Origin: Minisyncoccia bacterium
Lineage (GTDB): Bacteria; Patescibacteriota; Minisyncoccia; Phycocordibacterales; UBA918
DNA length: 64,000 nucleotides
Reading direction: 5' to 3'
NCBI GenBank assembly: GCA_041736805.1
Contig: JBGSSW010000011.1
Coordinates: forward strand, 18,395 to 82,394
Translations under genes and position numbers: made by a program
Notes under the pieces: model-generated
The model's input: the letters and a program-made list of their open reading frames with translations, nothing else
Database searches by the model: none
Told to the model about the DNA's origin: nothing
Part shown: positions 19,191 to 27,735 of the stretch, one piece after another
Layout: every line of letters begins with the position of its first letter
Numbering within the stretch: the stretch's first letter is position 1

Positions 19191-19530
19191 GCAGTAGAAA
19201 GAAAAGGCTTGCCTGCGTACTGCTGCGGGAACCAGAACGATGTGAGTTTACGAACGAGTGGCAAAACAATGTTTAGACATTGTTTTGCGGGTTGAGAGTA
19301 CTTAGATTTTTATAAGCGTGCGCGACATTGTTTTCTTATGAGCTGGCGAACTATAAAACAAGAAGTACCCTTGTGGTGAAATAAAAAGCTTAGTAACTCG
19401 TGACCGCATGCGGGAGCCGCAGAGATGTCTTCTTTTTCTTCAAAAAAGAAGACTGCGAGGTGGTTTCAAGAAAGCTTAATATATTTGCAGTCGAAGACGA
19501 ATAAATATACCAAGTGGTCTGTGACCGCTA
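19186..19530 (+). repeat. tRNA-trailer element displaced from tRNA-Ser by the island
   Basis: CCGCAGCAGTA...TACTGCTGCGG fold-back. 19235-19297 matches 37320-37382 at 55/63. GGTT-GA-GAG...CTC-GT-GACC motif. Confidence 0.75.
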
Positions 19531-19567
19531 GAGTGACCTAGCTCATCTGATGAATGATTATGTACAC

Positions 19568-20452
19568 TTAAAGACTTATATGGGTGTGATTATTTTCAAA
19601 GTTGAAGGTACCTCCACACTGGGCCTTTTTTGCCAAAAGCAGCTGATGGAGTTTTTGTTCCGCAAGCAAATTTTGACCTCTGGCATTAAAGTCTACCGCT
19701 TTCGCACCGGTTCCACTTCCTCTTCCATAGTGCATAGAATTATTACTATGGCTACATGGACCACAAACGGTGTTGCCATTAGTCAAACTACATCTTGGAT
19801 TAGTTAGGTCTATAGTATATAACTGGCTTTTATCGGTTGCGGCATCTATAGCTGAATCACTCAAATAGCAATTTATCATTGTTCTTAGTCTTGGATCTTC
19901 AACTCCCACTGGTGAACCCTTATACTTTGCCATCAAGGCATTATCGTCTGTACAAGCCGCCGTCACATTGGGATCTGGAGGAGTCCCTCCCGCAGAAGGA
20001 AGTTCTAATTTGTCACCACCTTGTGGAGAAATTTGCTTCTGGCACTCAACCTGTGACCATGGACCATAACCAACCACGTTTCCATCAGCAATTCCATCTT
20101 GGTCACCATCTAGTAAACTTCGCATTATAGTATCCACCATCAGCCAGCCAGCCATAACGATTATGAGACCAATTATCGCATTCTGGAAACTACTTTTGGC
20201 GGCCTCAAGAGCAGATTGACTACCAGCAGAAGTAACTAGTCCAAAACCCGCTTTGGCCATCAAAACAGCAAAAAGTATAAATACGATTCCAAACAACCAC
20301 TTAATAATGGCATTTACCATCGATACAAAATCGCACGCACTACAATCTGCCCCGTTACACGGCACAAAGTTCCCAGTCTGTGCTTGCACGATGTCTGCTG
20401 GCAAGGCTGCCAGTAGTAAAATCGGAACGATAAATAAAATTATTTTTCTCAT
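19568..20452 (-). CDS. VirB2/TrbC-like pilin domain fused to a peptidase M15/LAS-like domain
   Basis: Signal peptide, VPC..C..C, two pilin-like TMs (GFGLVTSAG...AK...AIIG). C-terminal SMHYG....AVDF...HTH zinc-peptidase motif. Confidence 0.75.
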   Translation of the reverse strand: MRKIILFIVPILLLAALPADIVQAQTGNFVPCNGADCSACDFVSMVNAIIKWLFGIVFILFAVLMAKAGFGLVTSAGSQSALEAAKSSFQNAIIGLIIVMAGWLMVDTIMRSLLDGDQDGIADGNVVGYGPWSQVECQKQISPQGGDKLELPSAGGTPPDPNVTAACTDDNALMAKYKGSPVGVEDPRLRTMINCYLSDSAIDAATDKSQLYTIDLTNPRCSLTNGNTVCGPCSHSNNSMHYGRGSGTGAKAVDFNARGQNLLAEQKLHQLLLAKKAQCGGTFNFENNHTHISL

Positions 20453-20459
20453 ATTTAAA

Positions 20460-21455
20460 TTATATCTTAGTAGCAATGGCTTTAATGTTAGCTACGTAGT
20501 TTCTGGTTTGTTCGTAAGAACTAAATCCGGTATTGGGAGTACAATTTGTTTTTGCCGTTCCATAACAACCTGGACTATTCCAGACACATTGCCAACGTCG
20601 CAAACCAGGACAATCAGCACTAGCCAGATTAGCGCCAGGACCACCATTGTAGGCCGCTAAAGCTAAATCTGAATCCCCTGCATATTTATTTATTAATTGA
20701 TTGAAATACTTGGCGCTAACTGAAAGGTTATAAGCATTATCATTTTGCAATTTATCAGCCACCTGAGCATCAGTAAGACCTTTGAGAGAAGGGTCGAGAG
20801 TTCTAGCTGTACTAACCAGCATCTGTCCACAACCATAAGCTATGCCGGAGTTTGTCGAAGGACCTACTTTATTTGTACAGTTACTAGACTCCTGTGAAAT
20901 TAGACCCTTTAGAAGTTTTACTTGATTTGGATCAGTGATTCCAGCTGCTGCTGCTGCATTTGCAATATCAGTCTGTAAAGCTCCTGAATTAACAATGCTG
21001 TTTACTCGATTATTTATATCGCCAGCTGGCAACACTGTAGAGTTATCACCAGAAGCAGTTGTTCTAGACCACTGCTGAGCAACTGGCTGAGCTACACACG
21101 ATAAAGTGTTCCAGGTACCATTGGTTAATAAAGTCTTAAGGACAGTATCTACCATCAGCCAACCTCCCAGCACTATCACATAACCAATCAATAAACTGGT
21201 AATAGTTTTCTTGGCCGAAGTCATGGCCGAAACATCACCGGCAGAAGTAACCAGTCTAAATCCAGAGATAACAATCAAAATAGCTGCAATGATGCCCATT
21301 ATCAATACTAACCAGCCCGCCAGACTATCAATCAAGCCGACAAAATGACAAGTTTGACACTCCGGCTCCCCTGGTCCACCACAAGGTACTAATCCGGCTG
21401 CCGACACAACATAAGGTAGAGCAAATAAAACCGTACTTAAAAATACTTTCCACAT
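20460..21455 (-). CDS. VirB2/TrbC-like pilin domain fused to a soluble lytic transglycosylase (SLT) domain
   Basis: Same pilin N-terminus as its neighbour. SLT motifs ISQESS, AYGCGQM, AAYNGGPG, QTRNYV. Confidence 0.85.
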   Translation of the reverse strand: MWKVFLSTVLFALPYVVSAAGLVPCGGPGEPECQTCHFVGLIDSLAGWLVLIMGIIAAILIVISGFRLVTSAGDVSAMTSAKKTITSLLIGYVIVLGGWLMVDTVLKTLLTNGTWNTLSCVAQPVAQQWSRTTASGDNSTVLPAGDINNRVNSIVNSGALQTDIANAAAAAGITDPNQVKLLKGLISQESSNCTNKVGPSTNSGIAYGCGQMLVSTARTLDPSLKGLTDAQVADKLQNDNAYNLSVSAKYFNQLINKYAGDSDLALAAYNGGPGANLASADCPGLRRWQCVWNSPGCYGTAKTNCTPNTGFSSYEQTRNYVANIKAIATKI

Positions 21456-21571
21456 ATCACTTAATAGTAGCATGTTTACCTCTTTGAAAATGGAACAAGG
21501 TGTGGTAATTTGTACGCTACGTACTGAAAAATCTTTCGGTGCGAACAAGTAAAATCACCCTAAAATAAATC

Positions 21572-21726
21572 GCGTCGGTACGGTAGCGGGAAGCGGAGGC
21601 AGACTGTAAGGCTGTCGCTACGCGAACCTGGCGGTCTTTCTAGCAAGGGTGTTGCCCGCCGGCAACACAAAGTGTATAGTCGCCAGAGGCGACAGGGCTA
21701 GCAAATCTTTACGATTTCCAGTCTGC
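21572..21726 (+). ncRNA. tRNA-Tyr 5'-half-derived structured sequence (pseudo-tRNA with a rod-like insert)
   Basis: 21572-21615 aligns gaplessly to tRNA-Tyr nt 1-44 at 33/44. Nested stems GCAGACTG/CAGTCTGC, CTGTCGC/GCGACAG, CTGGCG/CGCCAG and GTGTTGCC/GGCAACAC. No T-arm. Confidence 0.55.
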
Positions 21727-21768
21727 ATAGATTCAGAAGAAATTAAAGAAACACAAAAGTATATAAAT

Positions 21769-21851
21769 GCGTCGGTACTCAAGCGGTCAACGAGGGCAGA
21801 CTGTAAATCTGCTGACTTATGTCTACGAAGGTTCGAATCCCTCCCGGCGCA
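21769..21851 (+). tRNA. tRNA-Tyr(GTA)
   Basis: GCGTCGG/CCGGCGC acceptor, GCAGA-CTGTAAA-TCTGC, long variable arm, TTCGAAT T-loop (one A-C mismatch in the T-stem). Confidence 0.95.
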
Positions 21852-21995
21852 CTTTTGCGGAAAACACCCATAGGGGTGTTTTCTTTTTTTCAGAAGTGTG
21901 CCGAGAGGGATTCGAAGGCCGGAGCCTCATGTGAATTTCGGAGCGTAGCGGAGAAAGAGAGAGGCGAGGCAGGGTCTGGAGTACTTAGATTTTTT
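21852..21995 (+). repeat. tRNA-Tyr trailer: hairpin plus antisense copy of the tRNA 3' end
   Basis: GAAAACACCC-ATAG-GGGTGTTTTC, then GTGTGCCGAGAGGGATTCGAA (21896-21916), then GGGTCTGGAGTACTTAGATTTT. Confidence 0.8.
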
Positions 21996-21998
21996 TTA

Positions 21999-22226
21999 CT
22001 AAATAATCTTTATTTGCTTCAGCTGCTTCCATGTGCTCGACGGCTGTGCTTCAGCATGGACTTCTGCTGCTTCCTTATGCACCTCTGCAGCTTCCAAATG
22101 CACATCAACAACTGTTTCTCGCGCTTCCTCAACTTTGTTCTCTGCATTTTGCACTTTTACTTCAACGCCTACTACTTTATTATTTTCTGTCACTGGGCAT
22201 ACATCCTTTTTAGAATCATTAGTCAT
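21999..22226 (-). CDS. Small hypothetical protein with EAAEVH repeats
   Basis: 75 aa ATG ORF with an AT-rich leader and coiled-coil-like repeats. It may be truncated by the trailer element. Confidence 0.4.
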   Translation of the reverse strand: MTNDSKKDVCPVTENNKVVGVEVKVQNAENKVEEARETVVDVHLEAAEVHKEAAEVHAEAQPSSTWKQLKQIKII

Positions 22227-22440
22227 ATTGTTTTAATTATTTTAGCCCTATCCACCTAAACCACTTTTTATAGAATCAATACATACCAATCCACTTACTT
22301 AAAATGTATTAGTTGATAAGAAATGATAATGCTAAATATTTTTGATAATGGGGTGACTTTTTTCAAGAGATTCAGAATACCTTTCTGGATAACTTGTTTC
22401 CTGCTAGACAATGATTAAATAGTAGCACAAAAGTGTCAAA

Positions 22441-22719
22441 CCTTCTCCAAATCGGCGCACAAAATCAAACCCAGAAAGAAGTTTTTAATTTGCGCCGGAG
22501 TGAGTGACTAAACGTCACTCACATAAGGGATTCGAAACCGTGTCAGAAAGTTTTCGACCGAAGGGAGTAAAAATACCGACAACGGATACTGGTCGTGTAA
22601 CGACCGAAACTTCTTACAGAAGCTGTCCACTCATTGGGTTTTATTTCACTTCGTTACATAAACCCACAATGAGTCTTGCGAAAGTTCCAAGTATTCACTT
22701 TCTCACCCTCCCGGCGAAC
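22441..22719 (+). repeat. Second tRNA-Tyr-derived trailer unit
   Basis: Direct remnants CGGCGCAC (22453-22460) and CCCTCCCGGCGAAC (22706-22719). Antisense pieces TGCGCCGG (22491) and AGGGATTCGAA (22526). GATACT-stem-TGTAA motif at 22585. Confidence 0.7.
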
Positions 22720-22855
22720 CTCCAAAAATATTGTTGCTTTGCAATAGTATTTATTGTAGGCCTGGAGAAAGTTCGACACTTGATTGACTTTGACACTCTA
22801 TTCAAGTTTACTAGTCTCATCGTGCCATGTCGGCACGCGTTCTTGGAGAAACAAC

Positions 22856-23131
22856 ATGCAGAGAGTTCGTTTCATTAAATCTCCCCGACCCAGTGACCCT
22901 GAGCCATTACAGGCTCTCTGGATCGGCCTAGAGGCCACCGTCGTCGCGACACCAGAAGAACCTCTACCCGAAACCTTGCTTTGGGTCGATTACGAAGAGA
23001 TCATCAACGAAATCGACAAGCGGGGTCACACGGCCTACACTGACTTCTTCCGCAGACTGCGAGCTTCACCAGGTGGGTCGGCCGCTCCTGGATTCTGTGT
23101 TTTCAGCGAAACATGTAAAATAATCGTATAA
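22856..23131 (+). CDS. Hypothetical protein
   Basis: ATG 22856 with GGAG upstream; 91 aa. Confidence 0.6.
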   Translation: MQRVRFIKSPRPSDPEPLQALWIGLEATVVATPEEPLPETLLWVDYEEIINEIDKRGHTAYTDFFRRLRASPGGSAAPGFCVFSETCKIIV

Positions 23132-23307
23132 TCAGCTTCCGCAGTACGAAGACAGCCCGTCTTCCCCGCCGGAGCTGTTTTCTTTTTTTAAAAATTGTTG
23201 CTGTACCTAAATCAACAAAAATTGACTTTTGATACATAAAATAGTTTACTGTTCCCAATCCTGCCTCAATTTGTGCAGGCGATTCTTTAAATTTTGGAGT
23301 AAGTTCC

Positions 23308-23673
23308 ATGGAAAAAGTGACGTTGCGGCACTACGGTGGACGTGTTTCAAACCTACTAGCTCAGATACTGGTAGCTCGAAACAGCAGTAAAGGAGACTTC
23401 CAATATAGCCCAGACCAAGTGATCAACATCCCAGCAAAAAATTTCTTTGTGCACCTCAAAGACAATCCATTACCGCAGTTGAATGACGATAGCATCAGTC
23501 CTGAAATCTTGAAAGAAGCAAATCTGCTTATTGGTTTCATCAACACCACAGATGACATCTACAATCTAAAACGAGCTATTCATGTCTTGCTGCGGTTGGG
23601 TGGCAACACTAATGTCGTTTTTGCTGGACAAGACTATGAGCCTGAACGACTCAATATGGAAGAAGCTGACTAG
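23308..23673 (+). CDS. Hypothetical protein
   Basis: 121 aa, GGAG SD, downstream hairpin. Confidence 0.65.
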   Translation: MEKVTLRHYGGRVSNLLAQILVARNSSKGDFQYSPDQVINIPAKNFFVHLKDNPLPQLNDDSISPEILKEANLLIGFINTTDDIYNLKRAIHVLLRLGGNTNVVFAGQDYEPERLNMEEAD

Positions 23674-23806
23674 CTTATCTTCACACAACCCGCCCTCGAA
23701 ACCATCTGGCTTTGTTGGGCGGTTTCTTTTTTTCTTAATAAATTTGTTAACAACAAGAATATTTTATAAATTTTGCAAATTATTGACAAAATGATACTGT
23801 AATGGT

Positions 23807-23870
23807 GGTTCGTGAATCCTTACGGACCCGGCAGACCACCAATAGGTCTGCTGAAATAGACCTAGGAGTG
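23807..23870 (+). promoter_or_regulatory. Structured 5' leader with mutually exclusive hairpins overlapping the SD
   Basis: CGGCAGACC/GGTCTGCTG competes with TAGGTCT/AGACCTA, which abuts AGGAG. Confidence 0.45.
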
Positions 23871-23875
23871 AGAGC

Positions 23876-24220
23876 ATGAAAACAAGCAAGGGGCTAATCG
23901 CCCTATACCTTGTGGTAGTAATACAACCAAACCTAGCCGTGGCTGCGGGGGAAACCCCAAATTTCTCGGTTGAGCTTGGCCAACGCATGACCTGTAGACC
24001 GTCACCAGAATGGCGGGTAAACAACGGACCGAGGCAGCAAAACTGCTTAGGGTTCGACCTTGGTTATTCCATTAGTCGAGATCCGTGGATTCAGGTTTAT
24101 GCTGGAGTGCTACCCGCCGGATTTGGCATCCGGTATCGGTATAACGAACTCACCTTTGTCGAATTTCGAGCTAATCGAAGTGGTGAATTCTTTTCCGTCA
24201 ATTTTAGCCATAAGTTCTGA
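23876..24220 (+). CDS. Small secreted beta-rich protein ending in Phe
   Basis: Signal peptide (AVA-A), amphipathic strands, C-terminus FSVNFSHKF. Confidence 0.7.
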   Translation: MKTSKGLIALYLVVVIQPNLAVAAGETPNFSVELGQRMTCRPSPEWRVNNGPRQQNCLGFDLGYSISRDPWIQVYAGVLPAGFGIRYRYNELTFVEFRANRSGEFFSVNFSHKF

Positions 24221-24237
24221 GCTTGAATTGAAGGAAG

Positions 24238-24266
24238 GCCCTACCAGTGTTTGGCAGGGCTTTTTT
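24238..24266 (+). terminator. Intrinsic terminator
   Basis: GCCCTACCA-GTGTT-TGGCAGGGC followed by T6. Confidence 0.7.
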
Positions 24267-24455
24267 CTTTAGATCATTAAAAACTTATTCAAACTATTTT
24301 CATTTAATCCAATTACGATGGCGTATAATATGTTTACATGAAAAGAGTTTTACCTTTTCTGACTGTATCGTTGACCTATCTACATTATTGAACGTTTTAA
24401 TAGCGAGGACGATATCAGTATAGCCTCACAAACTTCCTCTATTAAAAAATAAACC

Positions 24456-25811
24456 ATGTCGAAAAAAATTCTCATGCCTTCCTTAAAAAAGCTTTTCGAC
24501 CTGCGTGAAGGGGCCGAGGATAAAAACACTATAATTGAAAATGTTAAGGACGACTCCGATTTCAGCAGTGCGCGTTTCTGGACACTAGTTTCAGCCATTG
24601 TAGTTGCCTCAATTGGTTTAAACATCAACTCCATCCCCGTAGTAATTGGCGCCATGTTAATTTCACCACTGACGGGACCAATTGTCAGTATTGGCTTGGC
24701 CTTGGCGATTTATGACTGGGGTCTTATGCGTAGATCTCTGCGAAACTTATTTATTTTAGTAGCCATTAGCATCTTCATTTCAACCCTTTACTTTGCCTTA
24801 TCTCCAATCACCAATGCTCAATCAGAACTATTATCTAGAATTCAACCAACAATCTTTGACGTCTTGATTGCTGTCTTCGGTGGTATTGCTGGTTTTATTG
24901 GCATTAGTCGATCAAGTAGACACAATAATGTAATTCCTGGAGTAGCTATCGCAACGGCCATCATGCCCCCACTTTGTACCGTTGGTTACGGAATTGCAAC
25001 CTTCCAACTAAAATTTATTTTTGGCGCTTTTTTCTTATTTTTAATTAATTGTATTTTTATTTGCCTCTCTGCTCTAGTAGTTGCTTCCTATATGGAGCTA
25101 CCTAAGAAAGATTACCCAGATGAAAAAAGGAGAGCCAGAGTGAAAAGAATTATCTCAGTCATCATCTTTATCATAGTTGTGCCGGCAATTTATTTAGCCT
25201 ACACTTTCGTTAGTCAAAACAACTTCTATCTTAATGCCGATAAATTTATTAAAGCCACTTTTGAGGATCGGGGTCAAATAGTAATCTATAAGAACATCAA
25301 ATATCACTCTCCTGGAAATATAATCGAATTAGCTTTTTTGTCTGACGTTTTTTCTGAAGAACAAATTGCTGAATTCCAAGCCAGACTTTTAGATTTTAAA
25401 TTAGATAAAACTACTTTAATTGTTAGACAAAACAGCTATGCCTTATCTCAAGAAGAATGGCAAGAAGCTCTTTCTGGTGTTCAAAACGGCATTGAGTCTA
25501 CTAATGTGTTGGAAGCTAAACTAGAGGCTGAACGAAATAAGGGACGTAACCCAGATAGACTTTTAAATGAATTGAGAACCTTAAATCCTAAAGTAACAAA
25601 AATTTCACTAGGGGTACTAAACACCAGCTCAGAAATACAAATCAATGAAACCCAAAACACAATAGTTTTTGTACATTCTGATATTGAAAATCCCTTAGGA
25701 CTAGCCGAGGCTAATTCTGTCTCTAATTGGCTTAAGTCACGCCTTGAAGATGATAATCTTATTATTCACTTTAACCCTCAACCAACTACACCAGAAATTA
25801 AAGTCAATTAA
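24456..25811 (+). CDS. DUF389 / TIGR00341-family membrane protein
   Basis: VVIGAMLISPL.GPI, ELLSR..PTIFDVLIA..GG.AG, IPGVAIATA.MPPLC. Confidence 0.9.
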   Translation: MSKKILMPSLKKLFDLREGAEDKNTIIENVKDDSDFSSARFWTLVSAIVVASIGLNINSIPVVIGAMLISPLTGPIVSIGLALAIYDWGLMRRSLRNLFILVAISIFISTLYFALSPITNAQSELLSRIQPTIFDVLIAVFGGIAGFIGISRSSRHNNVIPGVAIATAIMPPLCTVGYGIATFQLKFIFGAFFLFLINCIFICLSALVVASYMELPKKDYPDEKRRARVKRIISVIIFIIVVPAIYLAYTFVSQNNFYLNADKFIKATFEDRGQIVIYKNIKYHSPGNIIELAFLSDVFSEEQIAEFQARLLDFKLDKTTLIVRQNSYALSQEEWQEALSGVQNGIESTNVLEAKLEAERNKGRNPDRLLNELRTLNPKVTKISLGVLNTSSEIQINETQNTIVFVHSDIENPLGLAEANSVSNWLKSRLEDDNLIIHFNPQPTTPEIKVN

Positions 25812-25864
25812 TCATAAAGAGAAAAGGTGCTATAATTTAGTCAGCTTATAGACTGGAGACGAAA

Positions 25865-26251
25865 ATGAGCAAACTTTTTCTGACGCTTCTTCTCTGCCTT
25901 CCCCTTTGCGCTGAAGCTGAAAACACAGCTTCAAATTTCTCCTTTGATCTTTCCATGAGTAACACTTTTCGCTGCACGGAGCGAACATATCTTCAGTTTA
26001 ATCAACATGGCCAAGTCCCAACAGAAAACTTTCTGGAATTTCCGCTTTTAAGCAAATGCTTACCTTCAAGTCAGTTGAAATCTGAAGATTCAGAAAAACT
26101 TGTGACCTCTACAACTACTTGGCTTAAAGTGGGCGGGAGTTCATCTGTTCGTTTTGTGGGGCTAGGACTTAGATTTACTTCTGACAAGAGCTTTACTCAA
26201 TTCAGATTTAAAGGTAGGGGTTTCTATATACTTTACCGAACTGAGTTTTGA
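25865..26251 (+). CDS. Small secreted beta-rich protein ending in Phe (apparent paralog of 23876-24220)
   Basis: Signal peptide (AEA-E), NFS.[DE]L..C, G.G.R.....F..FR, C-terminus FYILYRTEF. Confidence 0.7.
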   Translation: MSKLFLTLLLCLPLCAEAENTASNFSFDLSMSNTFRCTERTYLQFNQHGQVPTENFLEFPLLSKCLPSSQLKSEDSEKLVTSTTTWLKVGGSSSVRFVGLGLRFTSDKSFTQFRFKGRGFYILYRTEF

Positions 26252-26459
26252 GTAAACTTAGATGGCGTCCGACCTTATGGTCTGACGCCATTTTCCTTAT
26301 TTATATAAGTCACCGGTTAAGGGTTAGAATCCGTATACTACTAGCGCTAGTTGCTGGTGAGAAGAGTGAATAAAAACTTGATATTTACAACACTTAACAT
26401 TTATGTTATGATATTTAAGGTGTTGATCTTAAAAAATCTGCTACTCCTAGGAGGTTATC

Positions 26460-26951
26460 TTGAAAGTTTCTGCTGTTGTGGCTTTTGCGTTTGGTACCCC
26501 CAAGACAATCTTGTCCAACCAAATCATTGGTGAGCTGGCTTCCAAGCAGGCTTACGATGAGGAAATTCCTGTCTATACCCAGTATGACGTTCCAATAATC
26601 AAGGGAGTTCGGACAACCTACGCCGACGAAAAAATCGGCACTCCGCCCCCTACCCTGCGCATCGCACGCGGTGCCGTAGCCTGGGCAAAGTACAGGCTAA
26701 TCAACCATTTCTATGTGGTTGCTGCTAAACCTCACCTTTGGCGAGCGGTGAGAGATCTCGAAAGGGCGACTCAAGAATACCGCGTACCAATCGAGATTCA
26801 GGTCTGCCCCGAAATTGAGCTCTATCCTGAAACTTCATGGTTTTGTGCAGACTCAACCCAAGAGCGGGTTAGAACGCCCAAGGATTGGAACAAGCGGGAA
26901 AGGATTCTCAAATTGATGCCCTTTTCCATCTACAAACTGGTAGCCAGCTGA
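26460..26951 (+). CDS. Hypothetical protein, YdcF/DUF218-like
   Basis: TTG start after AGGAGG. VVA..PHL.RA motif resembles DUF218. Confidence 0.6.
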   Translation: MKVSAVVAFAFGTPKTILSNQIIGELASKQAYDEEIPVYTQYDVPIIKGVRTTYADEKIGTPPPTLRIARGAVAWAKYRLINHFYVVAAKPHLWRAVRDLERATQEYRVPIEIQVCPEIELYPETSWFCADSTQERVRTPKDWNKRERILKLMPFSIYKLVAS

Positions 26952-27041
26952 GTAGGTGACAAGATAGTCGAATAGCCTTAGTGAAATACCAAGGCTATTT
27001 TTTAATAAAGAATCACTAAAAATTATTTATTAACCAGCAGC

Positions 27042-27734
27042 TTAAACTTCCTCTGAAAAAACGGTACCTTCTTTGAGGTCTTTTATTACGCAAGCCGGAA
27101 TAGCCTGCTTTTCACAATCTGATTTTATTAAAAAATTTTTAATTATCTCTCTTTTTCTTTCGCCTACGGCGTATACAATTGCTTCATCAACCAAAGTCCT
27201 AAGGAAAGTTTTGGTCACTGTGATTCTCTCTGTATATTCGTTAATTGTTTTTGGTATTGAGTAGGAAACAACCCACTCACTACCATCAAAATCTACCTCA
27301 AACTCGCCAGCAAAAATACCGGCGGTATGCCCATCATTTCCTATCCCCATAGTGACAACAACAATTCCTTCTTTATTAAAATTTTTCCATTCTTTTAAAG
27401 CAGACTCCCATCTTTTTTTCAATAAGCTTGTAGATTCTCCGTTTGACACTGAAGTAACAATATAATTGACTCCGTTACTTACAGCCAACTTGAAAAAATC
27501 CGTTTGTGATAGTTGTAAAAAATTGTTGACTTTAATATCAGTCGAAAAACGTTCATCTAAAACACTCAAAGTTATATTTGGACCAAGGACGCTACCCGAA
27601 ACAGCCTGCAAAATATCAAATGAGGAGCCTCCGGAAAGCATTAGCAGAACCGGCCGAGTAGTGTTTATTTTTAAGACCTCACTTAGTTTATGACCAGCTG
27701 CCTCAAGTGGTGTTTTAGACCAAACAATTTCCAT
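27042..27734 (-). CDS. pgl: 6-phosphogluconolactonase
   Basis: LSGGSS, DERF, MGIGNDGHTA. In an operon with gnd and zwf. Confidence 0.85.
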   Translation of the reverse strand: MEIVWSKTPLEAAGHKLSEVLKINTTRPVLLMLSGGSSFDILQAVSGSVLGPNITLSVLDERFSTDIKVNNFLQLSQTDFFKLAVSNGVNYIVTSVSNGESTSLLKKRWESALKEWKNFNKEGIVVVTMGIGNDGHTAGIFAGEFEVDFDGSEWVVSYSIPKTINEYTERITVTKTFLRTLVDEAIVYAVGERKREIIKNFLIKSDCEKQAIPACVIKDLKEGTVFSEEV

Positions 27735-27735
27735 G

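Noticed and set aside
21610-21720. Complete group I intron in a tRNA-Tyr gene
   Set aside because: Only about 110 nt, no recognisable P4-P6 domain and no 3' exon with a T-arm. Kept only as a possible relic.
21649-22878. ORFs 21649-21873, 21819-22259 and 22504-22878
   Set aside because: They overlap tRNA-Tyr and trailer hairpins and have no protein-like features.
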